Positions 26,242-38,010 of a stretch of 64,000 bases of DNA are shown in pieces. Each line of letters begins with the position of its first letter. Positions within the stretch are counted from its first letter, which is position 1. The DNA lies in contig CM059425.1 in the NCBI GenBank assembly GCA_030390025.1, forward strand, positions 164,302,001-164,366,000. Reading direction: 5' to 3'. A program made the translations under genes and the position numbers. This DNA comes from Squalus acanthias (Eukaryota). Under the pieces are notes generated by a model. The model was given only the letters and a program-made list of their open reading frames with translations, did not search any database and had not been told where the DNA came from.

Positions 26242-27004
26242 GGCCCAGAAATTTGACTCGGAGGCTTGCCGAGGGGGTAAGGATCCCCCGCGATATCACA
26301 CTCCGCGCCAGCCGTTGTGTTTCGGGCCCACAGGAACTTCGGGTCCTGGGCCTCTCCCTGGTGCCGGCGCGCAGTGTGTGCGTGTCCCAGAGGCGCAGTT
26401 AGTGCGATGCGACCTCTGGGATCACGTGGGCCATGGAGAGCCAATGGCAGCAGACTATCTTTCATTCATAGATTTGACAGGAGACCTGTCAAATCTATGA
26501 ATACAAATTGCCCCCAAAAGAACAGCTAAACCTCAAATAAATTTTTTAAAAACCATCACATTAATAAAATAACTATAGTTAAATAAATTAACCACTTTAA
26601 ACAAACATTTTATTTTTTGAAAATTTTTTAATTCTTTTTAAAAGTTATAAAAATAAACTTACCTTTCTTTAAAGTCTCTGAAAAAGATAAACCTGTTGAA
26701 AAAAAATTAAAATTATACTTAATTAACTACTTACCTTGTTAAAAGGGGGTCTTACGCCTCCTTTTTTCATGTGTAAATTCTTCCATACTTACCCTCGCAT
26801 TGAAACCTGAAAAAAAACCTAAGTGCGCTGCGTGCGCACAGCCTGTAGTGTGCACGCGGTTCACCTAGGAACCGCCCCCTTCGCCATACCGGAAGTGCTG
26901 GTTTCCCGCGCATGCGCAGTGCATGCAGGAAACTGGCACTTCGGGATCTAATACGGGTGAGTACACAGTGCGTACTCTCCCGTATTAGGCCGAATTTTTG
27001 GGCC
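26242..27004. mobile_element. Harbinger-type MITE, TSD AAT
   Basis: AAT|GGCCCAGAAATT ... AATTTTTGGGCC|AAT; CpG-rich arms and an AT-rich core. Confidence 0.8.
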
Positions 27005-29791
27005 AATAATAATTGTTAATTTTATTTATGTATGGGCAACCGACAATGATGTGGAGAGCTATGATTCTCGACTATGGAGTGCAAACTTAAATCACAGCTA
27101 TGCATTTTGCTTGATATTAAGTACATTTTGGCCATTCTCTGCTGCATTGAAGCATTTCCATTTTATGACCACTTCAGTGGTCACAAAGCATCCTTGCATG
27201 AGCCTTTGAAGATGGTCACAACTCAGATTGCACATTCAGAGATGCAGTGGGTTTCTAAACAATGTAAATGGAGAAAAGAATACAAAGGATACATGATGAA
27301 GAGCTGCAAGATAATTTTTATATATCTATATGTTGTATAATATTCGTCTCCCATGGCATTGTAAATGGGGAGTGAACACCAAATTGGAATTGACAGCCGG
27401 TTTCGTTCGAAGAAGTGACAAAAAATTGAAAAAAATCAGTTTGTTATATTAATGTTATCTAGGCAATCTCACATGGTGTTGCACACAGGGAGTCGAAACC
27501 AAATGTAGTATTCAGGTGAAGTAGGATTAATGAATGGGCTATAGTTTGACCAGGACACAAACCTAATTTAGTGTCCATTTTAAATCTTTATTTTAGGTAA
27601 TACTTAGATTTGAAATGATTATTAGTTAAGTAGAAAAGCGTAGGGAAATATGGGATGCAAAACTGAGCTGCTACAGGGCCACCATTGGTGGGAAGGTGTA
27701 ATTACAGCATGACAAATTTACAGTCAGTTCCCATCTTAAATGTGGACATAGCAATTTATAATGGATTGCGCACATTGTAAGATGTAAATGAATAATATAT
27801 GTCCTATCTAACAAGATGTAACTGAGTTATGGGCAGTGTTATGAGTAGGATATAAATCATATTCCTTGAGTATACATAGATTTTGTCCATGCTTTGTAAA
27901 AGGTAAGTATTTTTGGCGAAAGAAAAGTTTATTGAAACAAAACAACAGATCATGGAAAATAATGCAGTGAATTTACTTGCAGCAGAAGAGCAAGATCTAA
28001 CTTCAGTACATTGACTGAAATAAACTTTTAGAATTTTACAACAGTACCTGCAAACAAATGTCACAAAGGCTATTCTGTGCATGAGGGAATGGCCACCCCA
28101 GTTGCAGAGCAGAGACAGATTGGGTGAGGACACTCGAGCAAGTTTTAATTAAATTGACATTATTGTTCATCAAAAATACTCTTTAAATTGCCCCAGACTC
28201 CCTCTTTCTTTCATGCTTGCTTTCTATTTTCTCTCACTTGTTCATTTTCTTTTTCTCTCTCACTCTTGGCACAGATAACAATTTGACGCTTGGTAAAGAG
28301 TAAGGTGTTTAACTGAGGAGATGGCTGCCTGAAGCAAATGTTTTAAAATACAAACTCTATTGAGATGTGAAGTGGTTCTGGTAATATCACTGAAATGTAT
28401 GAGCCCTGTCTGTACCCATGTTTAAAAAGCATGGGAATTATGTAATTATGCAAAGTACATTTTGTAAATGTTACAATCTTTTTTCCCTAAACCCTGATTT
28501 TCTAAAGTGAGCTTGTTTCTGTGAAGGAGGGAAGATTTTCAAGTGCACTATTAATAGCAAAATCTCAAATATGTAAGGGAAACATAGTTTTGTACTGTTG
28601 TGTTACTAAAGATCTATTAATATACTTCATTACATATGTCACTAGAGTGTTAATAAAATGTGTTGCATCCCTGGAATGGGCTGTACCTTCAGTTGGCCTG
28701 ACTCATTGATTTCAGTTTGCTATTCATGACTCATCCCTGTATAATCTGGGCAGCTCTCTTCTGAGGCTCCAGTACACAAATGGTATTAGAATTTAATATG
28801 AGCTGTAGTACATCATGGAATTCTAGAAGCAGACTTGTTTTGCTAGTGCTTGGACAATGTGAATACACATTTATAAATATTGATTGATTAATACATTTTC
28901 ACAGTTTGACATTAGAACTGACAGTGTGATTTATACTTTGTTATTTAAATAAACGTCAAACAGGTACTGCAAGTTTTCACTAACCCTCAGTCAAAAGATG
29001 ATTGTTTTTGGATGTTGTTGATAATGGTAACTGACTGAACCATGTCTCTTTCATTTCATTTCCATTTCACCAAAGCTCTAAAACTGAGGAATGTCCAAGA
29101 GAAATTTTCTGACAGCTGCTGGTAGTATTCATATCTTTATGTGCACTCAGTGCTACACACCCTTCCTTCCCAGTGCAAAACAGAAGGAAGGGACAGTCAG
29201 ACTTGACAGAAATGAAGAGAGGGTTTTTTGAGATGGTGTGCTGATGACAGGAAGAAATAGGGTTTCAGTGGGTGGGTTTAATACAGCAGAATTTACAAAA
29301 ACTAATGCAATAGTTTTGTACTTTTTAAAATACTCATTGAAAATGTGTTTCTACTTAACTAGTTCACCTAGTCATAATAAACTTGTCATAACAAACTTAC
29401 CCCGCTCTGGAAGCCACCAGCCCCAGATTTCTAACTGAAGCTCTATAGATTGCTAATAAGTCTGAAATGTACACTGACTGCGTTTAATTTCAGTAAAGTA
29501 TTTGTAACCTTGCAATTTATCGATCCCTTCCATGAACTGCTTCTCTCACCTCCCTTCCTCGACAATGCTTGAAGTATATCATAGAAGACTTTTATCTACA
29601 AGATACTGATGGCTCAATTAGGTTGCAGAAGCTGATTGTTCTTGTAAAAAGGAAAATACAAGTTGCTGACTGTAAAATGTTATATCCTTTGGGGTATAAC
29701 ATTAGCCACAGCAGTTTTCCTAGGCTGCCTCAGAACTGTTGTGGTTGCATTATTCTACAGCATCAGGTGGCTGCATATGAGTGAGTGAAAC

Positions 29792-29995
29792 ATAAACAGA
29801 AAATGCTGGGAATCCTCAGCAGGTTGGGCAGCATCCCTGGAGAGAGAAACAGAGTTAACATTTCAGGTCTGTGACCTTTCGTCAGAACTGGAAAATGTTA
29901 GAGATGTAACAGGTTTTATGCAGTGCAGAGGCAGGAAAAGGGGAGGGGAGGAAAGAACAAAAGGGAAGGTCTATGCTAGGGTAGAAGGCAGGAGT
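29792..29995 (-). mobile_element. Penelope-like element pseudo-LTR fragment (family 2)
   Basis: The reverse complement matches 55949-56050 and 57028-57115. Confidence 0.7.
29853..29889 (-). ncRNA. Minimal type I hammerhead ribozyme motif (family 2)
   Basis: Minus strand reads AGTT-CTGACGA-A-AGGTC-ACA-GACCT-GAAA-TGT-T-AACT. Confidence 0.75.
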
Positions 29996-30252
29996 GGTTA
30001 TAATGTAGCCAAGGAGCTGTTGTACCAAAGCAGCTCGGTCCTGATGTTGTGCACTGTGTGGTAACAGTGTTATTAAGAGTAAACCTTGCTGATGTTACAA
30101 CTTAGTTTGTTATTGATGACTCAGCAGTTTAGATTTCAAACTCAAATGGTTTTAAATTTCTCCTTCAAATTTGTCTGCCATCATGAGCCATATTTGACTA
30201 TTTATTGGCAGGGCCACTGCTTTGCGGTGATCATTTCAGAATTTTTACACAC

Positions 30253-30345
30253 GTTTTGGGATTGCCACTGGTTTATAGTGCCTCAGTGAGTCAGATTTCA
30301 TTTTTGACTTACTGAGACACCATAAACCAGTGGTAATCCCAAAAC
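30253..30345. repeat. Inverted repeat: 41-bp arms, 11-nt loop
   Basis: 30253-30293 versus the reverse complement of 30305-30345: 37/41 identical, all differences transitions. Confidence 0.9.
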
Positions 30346-31206
30346 ATGAATAGAAATTAACAGTAGGAAACAATGCTAGATCCCACACCACCCTCAGCCC
30401 AGCAGTGCTGAAGCCAGTTGTAGCATCCCTATGACACCCTGGCTGAGAGCTTCTAACTTAGCACAGAGCAGTGATTGAAGCTCGGAGTTTCTTGGCCTAT
30501 ATGGCTCAGTTCTACATTGGGCAGTGTATTTGCCATCTGCACCATCCTTTATACAACTTTTCTATACTTAACTAACTTGCAGATTTAGCCCACTAGATTG
30601 AGCATCTCTTGTGCAGATAAAAAAAAACGGCAAAAGCAGCCAAATCAATATAAGTGTTTTTGTTAAACACTGGGTGGCATTGACTGTGGCCATACAGTCT
30701 TCATTGTCAACAGAAACATATAGATAGTACCTTTTAACAATAACAAGACAATGCAGTTGAACAATTATTCCTCCAGTTGCTAATGTGAGTGAAAAAAATC
30801 TGTGCAAGTATAAATTGGGAAAATCTAGTTGTTGTAGTAGTTAGTACATATAATTCAACTAAGTGTAAGATATTGCCTACGGGGCCTCTGGAGTATTTAA
30901 ACTGTGAAGACCTGGCACTGTATTTACAGCTCATTAACTTTAATACTATAAGATAATGATACTACTTGTATATCACTGAGCAGTTTCAAATGAAAGCAGC
31001 TCACTACTACATGATTTGTTACTAAATCTTGTGTTTATACTGGGTGACAAATTAATCAACAATGGGAATCTGCATATATCGCAGAAAGATATGTTTCAAC
31101 TAATAAATTCAAAAGTGCATTGCTCGCCTGTAAAGGCAGGATGACAAACCTTAAAATGGTGAACCTGACTTTAGTGCTGCTAACAGGCATAATTTAAACT
31201 TAAACT

Positions 31207-31540
31207 TGGTTCAGTAGATGGTACTGTCACCTCGGAGTGAAAAGGTTGTGGGTTCAAGCCTCACTGTGGGAGTTTACATAATTTAGGCTGACATTTCAGT
31301 GCAATACTGTCGGAGTTCTGCATTGTTGGAGATCCCATCTTTCAGGTGAGGCCTAATCTGTCTGTTCAGATGGAAGTAAAAGATCACATGGTACTATTTG
31401 AACGAGAGCAGGAAGTTCTGTTAGTATCCTGACTAACACAGAACTAAACTGATTGCTACATTTATCTACATAACAACGGTGACTTCACTTCAAAAGTAAT
31501 TAATTGTTTATAAAGTACTTTGCAACATCTTGAGGCCTGA
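31207..31540 (+). mobile_element. tRNA-head SINE, Deu-domain/SacSINE1-like
   Basis: A box TGGTTCAGTAG, B box GGTTCAAGCC; core (CATAAT.TAGGCTGACA.TTCAGTG..TACTG) shared with 37676, 47355 and, inverted, 33515. Confidence 0.65.
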
Positions 31541-31890
31541 AGATGAGAGTTCCTTTAGTGTGTTGACTTCCTCTTCCTCTTGCATTCTGGCACATATTGA
31601 GATTGTGTTGGTTAGTTTACAAATTTCTTCCTACTTTTCTTTCCACAGCCAGGATGAAGTGCAAAATCAAAAGGCATTCCTATTTTTATCTCATCAGATG
31701 AAGAAATCTGAATAGTTCATTCTTCCCCATAATCTGTTCAGAAGACTAGTATCTAAGGTGCTTGCTTCACCAATGGTGATAGCAGATGTGTGTCCGAGTG
31801 CTACTGGCCACTTAAAGACAATGGGCTTTCATCACTGTTAAGCCAAAACTGTGAGATGAAGGACCTGCCTAACTCATTATGCACCTACTA

Positions 31891-32315
31891 CAGGAAACTT
31901 TCGTTTATCCGGCATCGACGGGACCGGTGTGATGCCGGTTTATCGAAAGTACCGGATAACGGAGAGTTATATCTACCGAGGCTATTTTTAACAAAGAGAC
32001 TCCAGGCAGCGCGGGAGAATCAACTCCTGCTACTGCAGTGTTTCGGACTTCCGACAGCGCCAGGAGGCCGAGTAGTGGCACTTTTGAAAAGTACCCCTAC
32101 TGACTAAATCGGCGTTTGCGGACTCGGACTCGGACTCGGGATCGGCAACATTGCCAGTTATTTGAGAGGAGTTTTCGGAGCACTCGGCATTCGCGGAGAC
32201 TCGACTGCGACTCGGCAACATTGCCGGTTATTTGAGAGGAGTTTTCGGAGGATGATTTTTGCCGGTTAAGCGAGAATTCCGGATATTTGGGTGCCGGATA
32301 AACGAAAGTTTCCTG
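31891..32315. mobile_element. Tc1/mariner (Tigger/pogo-like) MITE, young
   Basis: TA|CAGGAAACTTTCGTTTATCCGGCA ... TGCCGGATAAACGAAAGTTTCCTG|TA: perfect 24-bp TIR and TA TSD; CpGs retained; internal 39-bp direct repeat. Confidence 0.9.
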
Positions 32316-33514
32316 TACTGCCTTGTTTTACCTTTACTATAATATTTCTTATCAGGTGGGTAGTCTACACTAAACAGAGGCCATACAGCAAGAGTAATGG
32401 GTGGAGACAGAGTGACCCCAGTTGTAACATTACTCGTGCTGTGGGATGGGACTAAAATCAACATCAAATTCTGCACCTAATCAAATCTCATTTGCAATAT
32501 TTATATTCAGTGAATCATGTAGCAGTGATGAAAGCTGAACACCACCTGTAGCACACAAATGGTGCTATTTGTCTGTATTATATCGCACAGTTCTATTAAA
32601 TCTTACTAATGATATGGTGCAGAGGAAACTGCTTGCAAAACACAGTATGGTCCTGCTGCTTGGCTATGTTTTATGGCTAGCAGGTATTTATTTGACCAAC
32701 ACAGACTTGTTGGAACAACATACCTCCTTCACATTCAGTCAGCTTACTCATCAAAGAGCAACCGTGGTACTTTCCTGGTCTGAATAGTTCAGTACCACAT
32801 CATGTGACACCATTACCCACTGAGTCATTGGGGCGTGTACCACAGCATTTAAAGACGCACAACATCTATTTTGCTCCCATAATATTTGACAGGGAAAAGG
32901 AAATAAGGGAATGATCTATATATGTTGATACTACAATAAATAGACACATTAAGGTAGTAACTATAAAATATATAAAGAGAAGGTAGTAGTTGAGGCTTTT
33001 AACCACTGGAATTCTCGTGTATATAATTAAAATACTCTGAACATTAAACACTCTGTTACTTTATATGCTGCTTGAGAGCTTTGCAATAAAAGTGTTGCTG
33101 CAGTATGAAACAAACTTTAGGGGAAAGCGCATTTGCCTTTCTTAATCTTGGTTTTTAAAATGGTCAGAATTACAGGGAACTCTATGTATATTTATTTTAC
33201 TGCAGTGGTGAGATGAGGGAAGGTGATTTTTCATTCTACATCTGTTCCATCGTTTATCAATTGCTGTGTTCATTTAAAGACTCTTGCGTCAATTTTCTTT
33301 TCTGCCTCTTGTATTTTCTTTTAAAAGATCATTGGTTAGTAAATATTATTCTTTGCATTTAAAGTAGAAGGAAAGTTTACAAAGTACTCTCCTCAAATAT
33401 ATTTATTACATTTTATAAAATATAATTATCTTCAAGGAGGTCCCGAATTTCCAGTTATTTTTCCTCCTACGCTTGCCGTACATGTAGCCTTTCCTTTTCT
33501 TTTAGTCCTACAGT

Positions 33515-33835
33515 AAACTTGTATTTATATAGCATCTCTTAGAAATGTCCCAAATGTAGCCATTGTTGTTGTATAGGCAAACATGACAGCTGTTTAGTGC
33601 ACACAGTATCTCACAAACAACAATGAGATAAATGACCAGTTAATCTGTTTTTGATGGTGTTGGTTGAGGGAGAAATGTTGGCCAGGACACCAAGAGAACT
33701 CTCTGCTCTTCTTTGAATATTGCCATAGGATCCTTAACATCAACTTGAACTACCCAAACAGGTGGATGCGGCCTCATCTAACATCTAATCCGAAGGTCGA
33801 AGCAGCACTCCCTCAATACTATACTCGAGTGTCAG
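33515..33835 (-). mobile_element. Deu-like SINE with L2-type tail
   Basis: Reverse complement of the 47355-47720 family; tail AACTTGTATTTATATAGC shared with L2 ends. Confidence 0.6.
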
Positions 33836-34677
33836 TTAAGTGAAAGTGCCTGATGTTACCTTGCACATGATAAATCTAGTTAGACATCAATTTCACAGAT
33901 TGAGTGGGTTTCCGAGGAATGATGGTTAATTGATCTCCATTCACGCCCCCCCTCCCCCCGCCCCCATTTATATCCTGATCTGGCACTGCTCTCCGTGGAA
34001 GCTAATTCCTAAAATAGAAACCCTTTTTAACTGCACATGCACAATTCGGGATTTTTAGAAATGAAAATAATCACTGTTAGAATAAAAAAGAGAAAAAGAA
34101 AAAGGCTTGCTTCTTTATTATGAAAGGGCAATGATTAATTGCTTACTGGAATAAAATTGGAAGAAGGAATAGAAATATAGGAATATACAGGACTGGAAGT
34201 GACCATTGTGATCTATCTGGTGTTTCGAAATTTCAAAAAATACCATCATAATGCATGCTTGAGCTTTAACAGGATAATAAAGCTCATCAGACACCATAAC
34301 AAAGTAGGAGAGTAGATAATCTGCAGAGATTGGGTTAGTGGAGGAACAGCAGTGAATAATTTCAACCTGCAGCTTTCCCTACTGTGTGTAGGTCTCAACA
34401 GTTATTTTAGTCTCTGGTTTGAATGCAGTCAAACCACCCATGTAAGGTGAATGCTTTCATAAGGTAGGGCTTGTAGGTTTACTCCCTGAAGTAATTAACT
34501 ATGGGTGGGACATACTCGTTTTTGTCAATCTGATCTCCCATCTAGGCAATGCTTACAGTAGGATGTCAATGAGGTGAATGCTAGGCATGTGAGATTGTCA
34601 TGCAATGCTTGCTCACACTGTTTTAAAAAAAAGTCTGTATTTGTTTACTCTCAGGTAAGGTAAACTGCTTAAATGAT

Positions 34678-34884
34678 AAGTTGCACAACACCAGGTTATA
34701 GTCCAACAGCTTTATTTGAAATCACAAGCTTTCGGAGCGCTGCTCCTTCGTCAGGTGAAGTGCCTGATGAAGGAGCAGCGCTCCGAAAGCTTGTGATTTC
34801 AAATAAAGCTGTTGGACTATAACCTGGTGTTGTGCGACTTCTCACTTTTGTCCACCCCAGTCCAACACCGGCATCTCCGCATCA
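34678..34884 (+). mobile_element. Fold-back Penelope-derived non-autonomous element, copy A
   Basis: 78-bp inverted arms (34678-34755 / 34763-34840, 2 mismatches), loop TGAAGTG, 44-nt 3' tail, 12-bp TSD TGCTTAAATGAT (34666-34677, 34885-34896). Confidence 0.85.
34722..34758 (-). ncRNA. Minimal type I hammerhead ribozyme motif (a second copy with weak stem I lies on + at about 34760-34796)
   Basis: Minus strand reads TCAC-CTGACGA-A-GGAGC-AGC-GCTCC-GAAA-GCT-T-GTGA. Confidence 0.8.
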
Positions 34885-35013
34885 TGCTTAAATGATGACA
34901 TTTTCATGGAATTCTATTATGTGATATTACTCCTGCAACCACTCAAAGAACTTTATTCCATCTAGGGAGAGAACCAGTGTTGGGTCAGATAAGGAGTTAA
35001 ATTCTTAAATAAT

Positions 35014-35285
35014 GGCCTGGTATTTGCAGTCGGGATGATGGCGAACTGGCAGCGTTCGCCGTCATTCTGCCTTTGAAACTGACCGCAACTTCGGGATTTG
35101 ACACGTGCGCAGGCACATGTGGAAATCCTGAAGTCTTGACGTTGCGGTCTGTCATTGACAGCACCTCCACAGGCTGCGCTGTGCCCCCCCCGCAATACAG
35201 AGCCGGCAATCTGTGTAATCGCCCAAATCAGGGAAAGTGACAAAAACTTCAGCTCTTCTGCAGTAATTATGCTGTTAAATTCCAC
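35014..35285. mobile_element. Truncated Harbinger-type MITE (same family as 22118-24511)
   Basis: Terminus GGCCTGGTATTTGC; GAAACTGACC..AACTTC.GGATTT and CCACAGGCTGCGCTGTG match the reverse complement of 24330-24511. Confidence 0.7.
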
Positions 35286-35305
35286 ACAGATAGCATGAGG
35301 TTCAG

Positions 35306-35483
35306 GGCTGATTCTCAGTTCTCACAGGGAGCAATGGTCAGGAAATCACAAGCCTGAAGTCCTTGTTTTTCTGTTCAAACCAAATTCATGGATGGAAAAT
35401 CGGGAGCAACAGCCCATCATTTCCCAGTCAGCTCTTCCTGTGAGATATACTTCTTGCTGGAGTGCCCGGTTGGAGAATCAGCC
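35306..35483. mobile_element. Small MITE
   Basis: Perfect 11-bp TIR GGCTGATTCTC / GAGAATCAGCC. Confidence 0.55.
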
Positions 35484-35823
35484 ATTTGAAGTTCACAGGT
35501 CGGCTCAATTCCTGGAAAAGCATTTCAGTCCGGTGCTGTTATATTGACATTGCAGTGAGTTTGCATTACAACAGGTCCTATAATCTTACATTATAGCTCT
35601 GCATTCTTATCCTTTTCTTAAGCTAAGAAAAACTTGCATCGTCTCGTGTGACCAGCAGTGCAATTATTTCCTCAGTTATTGTCATTGTACTCTGTATCAT
35701 GGAAGGTGCTTCCCTACAGTTGTTGCACTTTAAGATGTGCCCCTTTGTATATATATTTTCTACTGTGGTTGTTTTGGCAAACCCCCTTCTACACCCTTCC
35801 TCCATCTCGTTCTAAGCAAGAGT

Positions 35824-36085
35824 CTCTTCTTCTTCTTCTTAGGCAGGCCCTCGGAACCGAGGATGACTTGCTTCCACACTAAAAATGAGTTCTCAGGTGG
35901 CTGATGAGTCCAATGCGGGACCTACAGTCTCTGTCACAGATGGGGCAGACGGTGGTTGAAGGGGCGGGTGGGTGGGGTGCTTGGGTTGACGTGCGCTCCT
36001 TCTGCTGTTTGCGCTTGGCTTCCGCTTGCTCCTGGCGAAGAGACTCGAGGTGTTCGGCGCCTTCCCGGATGCTTCTCCTCCACTT
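35824..36085 (-). mobile_element. RTE-clade LINE 3' end
   Basis: WRRSIREGAEHLE...KRKQQKER...CPICDRDCRSRIGLISHLRTH C-terminal zinc finger; (GAA)n tail; TSD AAGCAAGA at 35814-35821 and 36113-36120. Confidence 0.85.
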
Positions 36086-37669
36086 TGTTTCTCTTAGCTT
36101 CATTATTTTAAAAAGCAAGAATAGTGTGTAAGAAAGAACTCTCTCACAACATATTTTAATCTGTTATCCAAAATGTAATTACACTATTGGTCAACCTGCA
36201 GTTTAAACACAAGTTACTGACAGTAGAAACCAATATAAACCCATAACCGAATAAAATCAATTTGATAACCTTTTGCAATCCAAACAAAATACAACTATAG
36301 GAGTTATTAAAAGCTTTAATTTCATGATTACTATTTCCAGCTGACTGTGATTTTAATATTGGCTCTCTGCCTGTGAAACAGTGTTTCATACTAAATATTA
36401 ACTTTCAGTTGCTATTATTATTGATTTGAAAGTGACCCATGCAGTAATATAAGTTTTAATCTGCAACTTGTGTGGTCTCTAACCAAATTGGAATAAATAC
36501 TTTGTCTTTGTATTTAATTATAGCACCATTACTATTTAATGTCGTTTCTAGAGACTGGGCAGTTTATTAGTTCAGATGAGGAATGAGTAATAAGATATTG
36601 GTTTAAATTTAAACTTGGTTTTACAGTACAGTCTAATTGAGTAGCAGTAAACAGAAGGGGAACATTGTGGGTTTTTGCACAAAGTAATCAAAGCAAATCC
36701 CCTCCCCCTTGACTACAACGCCAATAATTCAAGGGCAGTCTCCTATCAGCTTCTACAATTACTTCTCTAGGTTGCTGAAACTTTTGAATGTAATGGAGGA
36801 AGCAAGCTGTAATTGCCTTTCAAATATGAAAAAATAAAGTCTGTTTGTACTTGCTGACCTTTTATGCCAGTTGTGAAGTGAGAACAGTTTGGGAGAGGAC
36901 TGGCCATACCTATTTCTCATGATCGCTTTAATCCTCCAGTAGTCTGGTTGCTGTGCTGCAATGGCCAGTGTTTCTTGGTGTGTTTCTCTTAGCTTCATTA
37001 TTTCAACAGGATGAGTAGGCTTCGGAGTATCCAGCTAAAGGGCTTGGTGCAGTATCAATGTTGCATTACAGGGCGAGATAGATGACAAAGTGAGTGCTCA
37101 GATGTTAGAAGTTATATCTGCGTTTATAAAACCTTGATTTTTCAGTTGCCTTTTTTTAGAAAAGCATTAAGTTGGCATCCTATCAAATGCATCTCATTTT
37201 TAAGTGAATATATATTCCCTCAGAAATTCAGGTATTTTTGATTTCTGATAGTTATACCAATACACCCTTAAACCCAGCCAGTCCTGCTTCCTTCCAGGCC
37301 AGTTACAGCAGCAGACATTCCATTGAACCTAGTACATCTGTCACTGTAATACTTATTATCGGGAGATGGGAATGTGCAGCTACTTTCTGTTCTGTGTGCT
37401 TAGATTCAACACGTTGAGTCTCGTGGTAGTGCAGCAGTGTGGCTGCTTTTCAAAGGATCTTTTTTCTTCTAAAATGTCTCTCCTTACCCTGTGTCTCCTG
37501 AAGATAGTAACTCATTGTGAGATATGCTTTCCACCTGCCCTCTAATACCTTACCAAAGTGATGGCTTTTCATGGGTAATCCTTGGCAGCGAGTGTCAGAC
37601 TATTCAACTTTGGAGAGCATCAAAGTAGAGCCCAATCCTGTTTTCACAATACATCAGTTGCTTTTAGTG

Positions 37670-38010
37670 TCTGCTTGGTTCAGCTGGTAGCACTGTTGCC
37701 TCTGACTCAGAATTTAATGGGTTCAGGCCATAATCTAGGCTGACACTTCAGTGGAGTACTGAGGGAGTGCTGTATTGTTGGAGGCGCCGTCTTTTGGATG
37801 AGACATTAAACCAAGGCCCCATTTGCCTGTTCAGGTGGATTTAAGAGATCACATGGCACTATACAAAGAAGAGCAGGGAGTTCTCCTGATGTCTAAACCA
37901 GCATTCATCCCTCAACCAACCCCTACAAAAATAGGTTATCTGATCATTCATCCATTTGCTATTTGTGGGACCTTGTGTGCAAATTGGCTGCGGAGTTTGC
38001 CTATATGTCC
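37670..38010 (+). mobile_element. tRNA-head SINE, Deu-domain/SacSINE1-like
   Basis: TTGGTTCAGCTGGTAGC A box, GGGTTCAGGCC B box, shared core CTGAGGGAGTGCTG.ATTGT.GGAGG.GCCGTCTTT.GGATGAGA.ATTAAAC. Confidence 0.7.

Noticed and set aside
31207..31262. tRNA gene
   Set aside because: The A/B boxes belong to a SINE head; no intact cloverleaf.
31625..31680. Strong 3' splice site (TTTTCTTTCCACAG)
   Set aside because: No acceptable GT donor follows, and the phase-0 frame stops after two codons.
32120..32250. Repeat-spacer-repeat pattern resembling CRISPR
   Set aside because: Only two copies, internal to a Tigger-like MITE in eukaryotic DNA; no cas genes.
36981..37020. Acceptor-like TTATTTCAACAG|GATGAGTAG
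   Set aside because: Immediate stop in phase 0 and no convincing donor.
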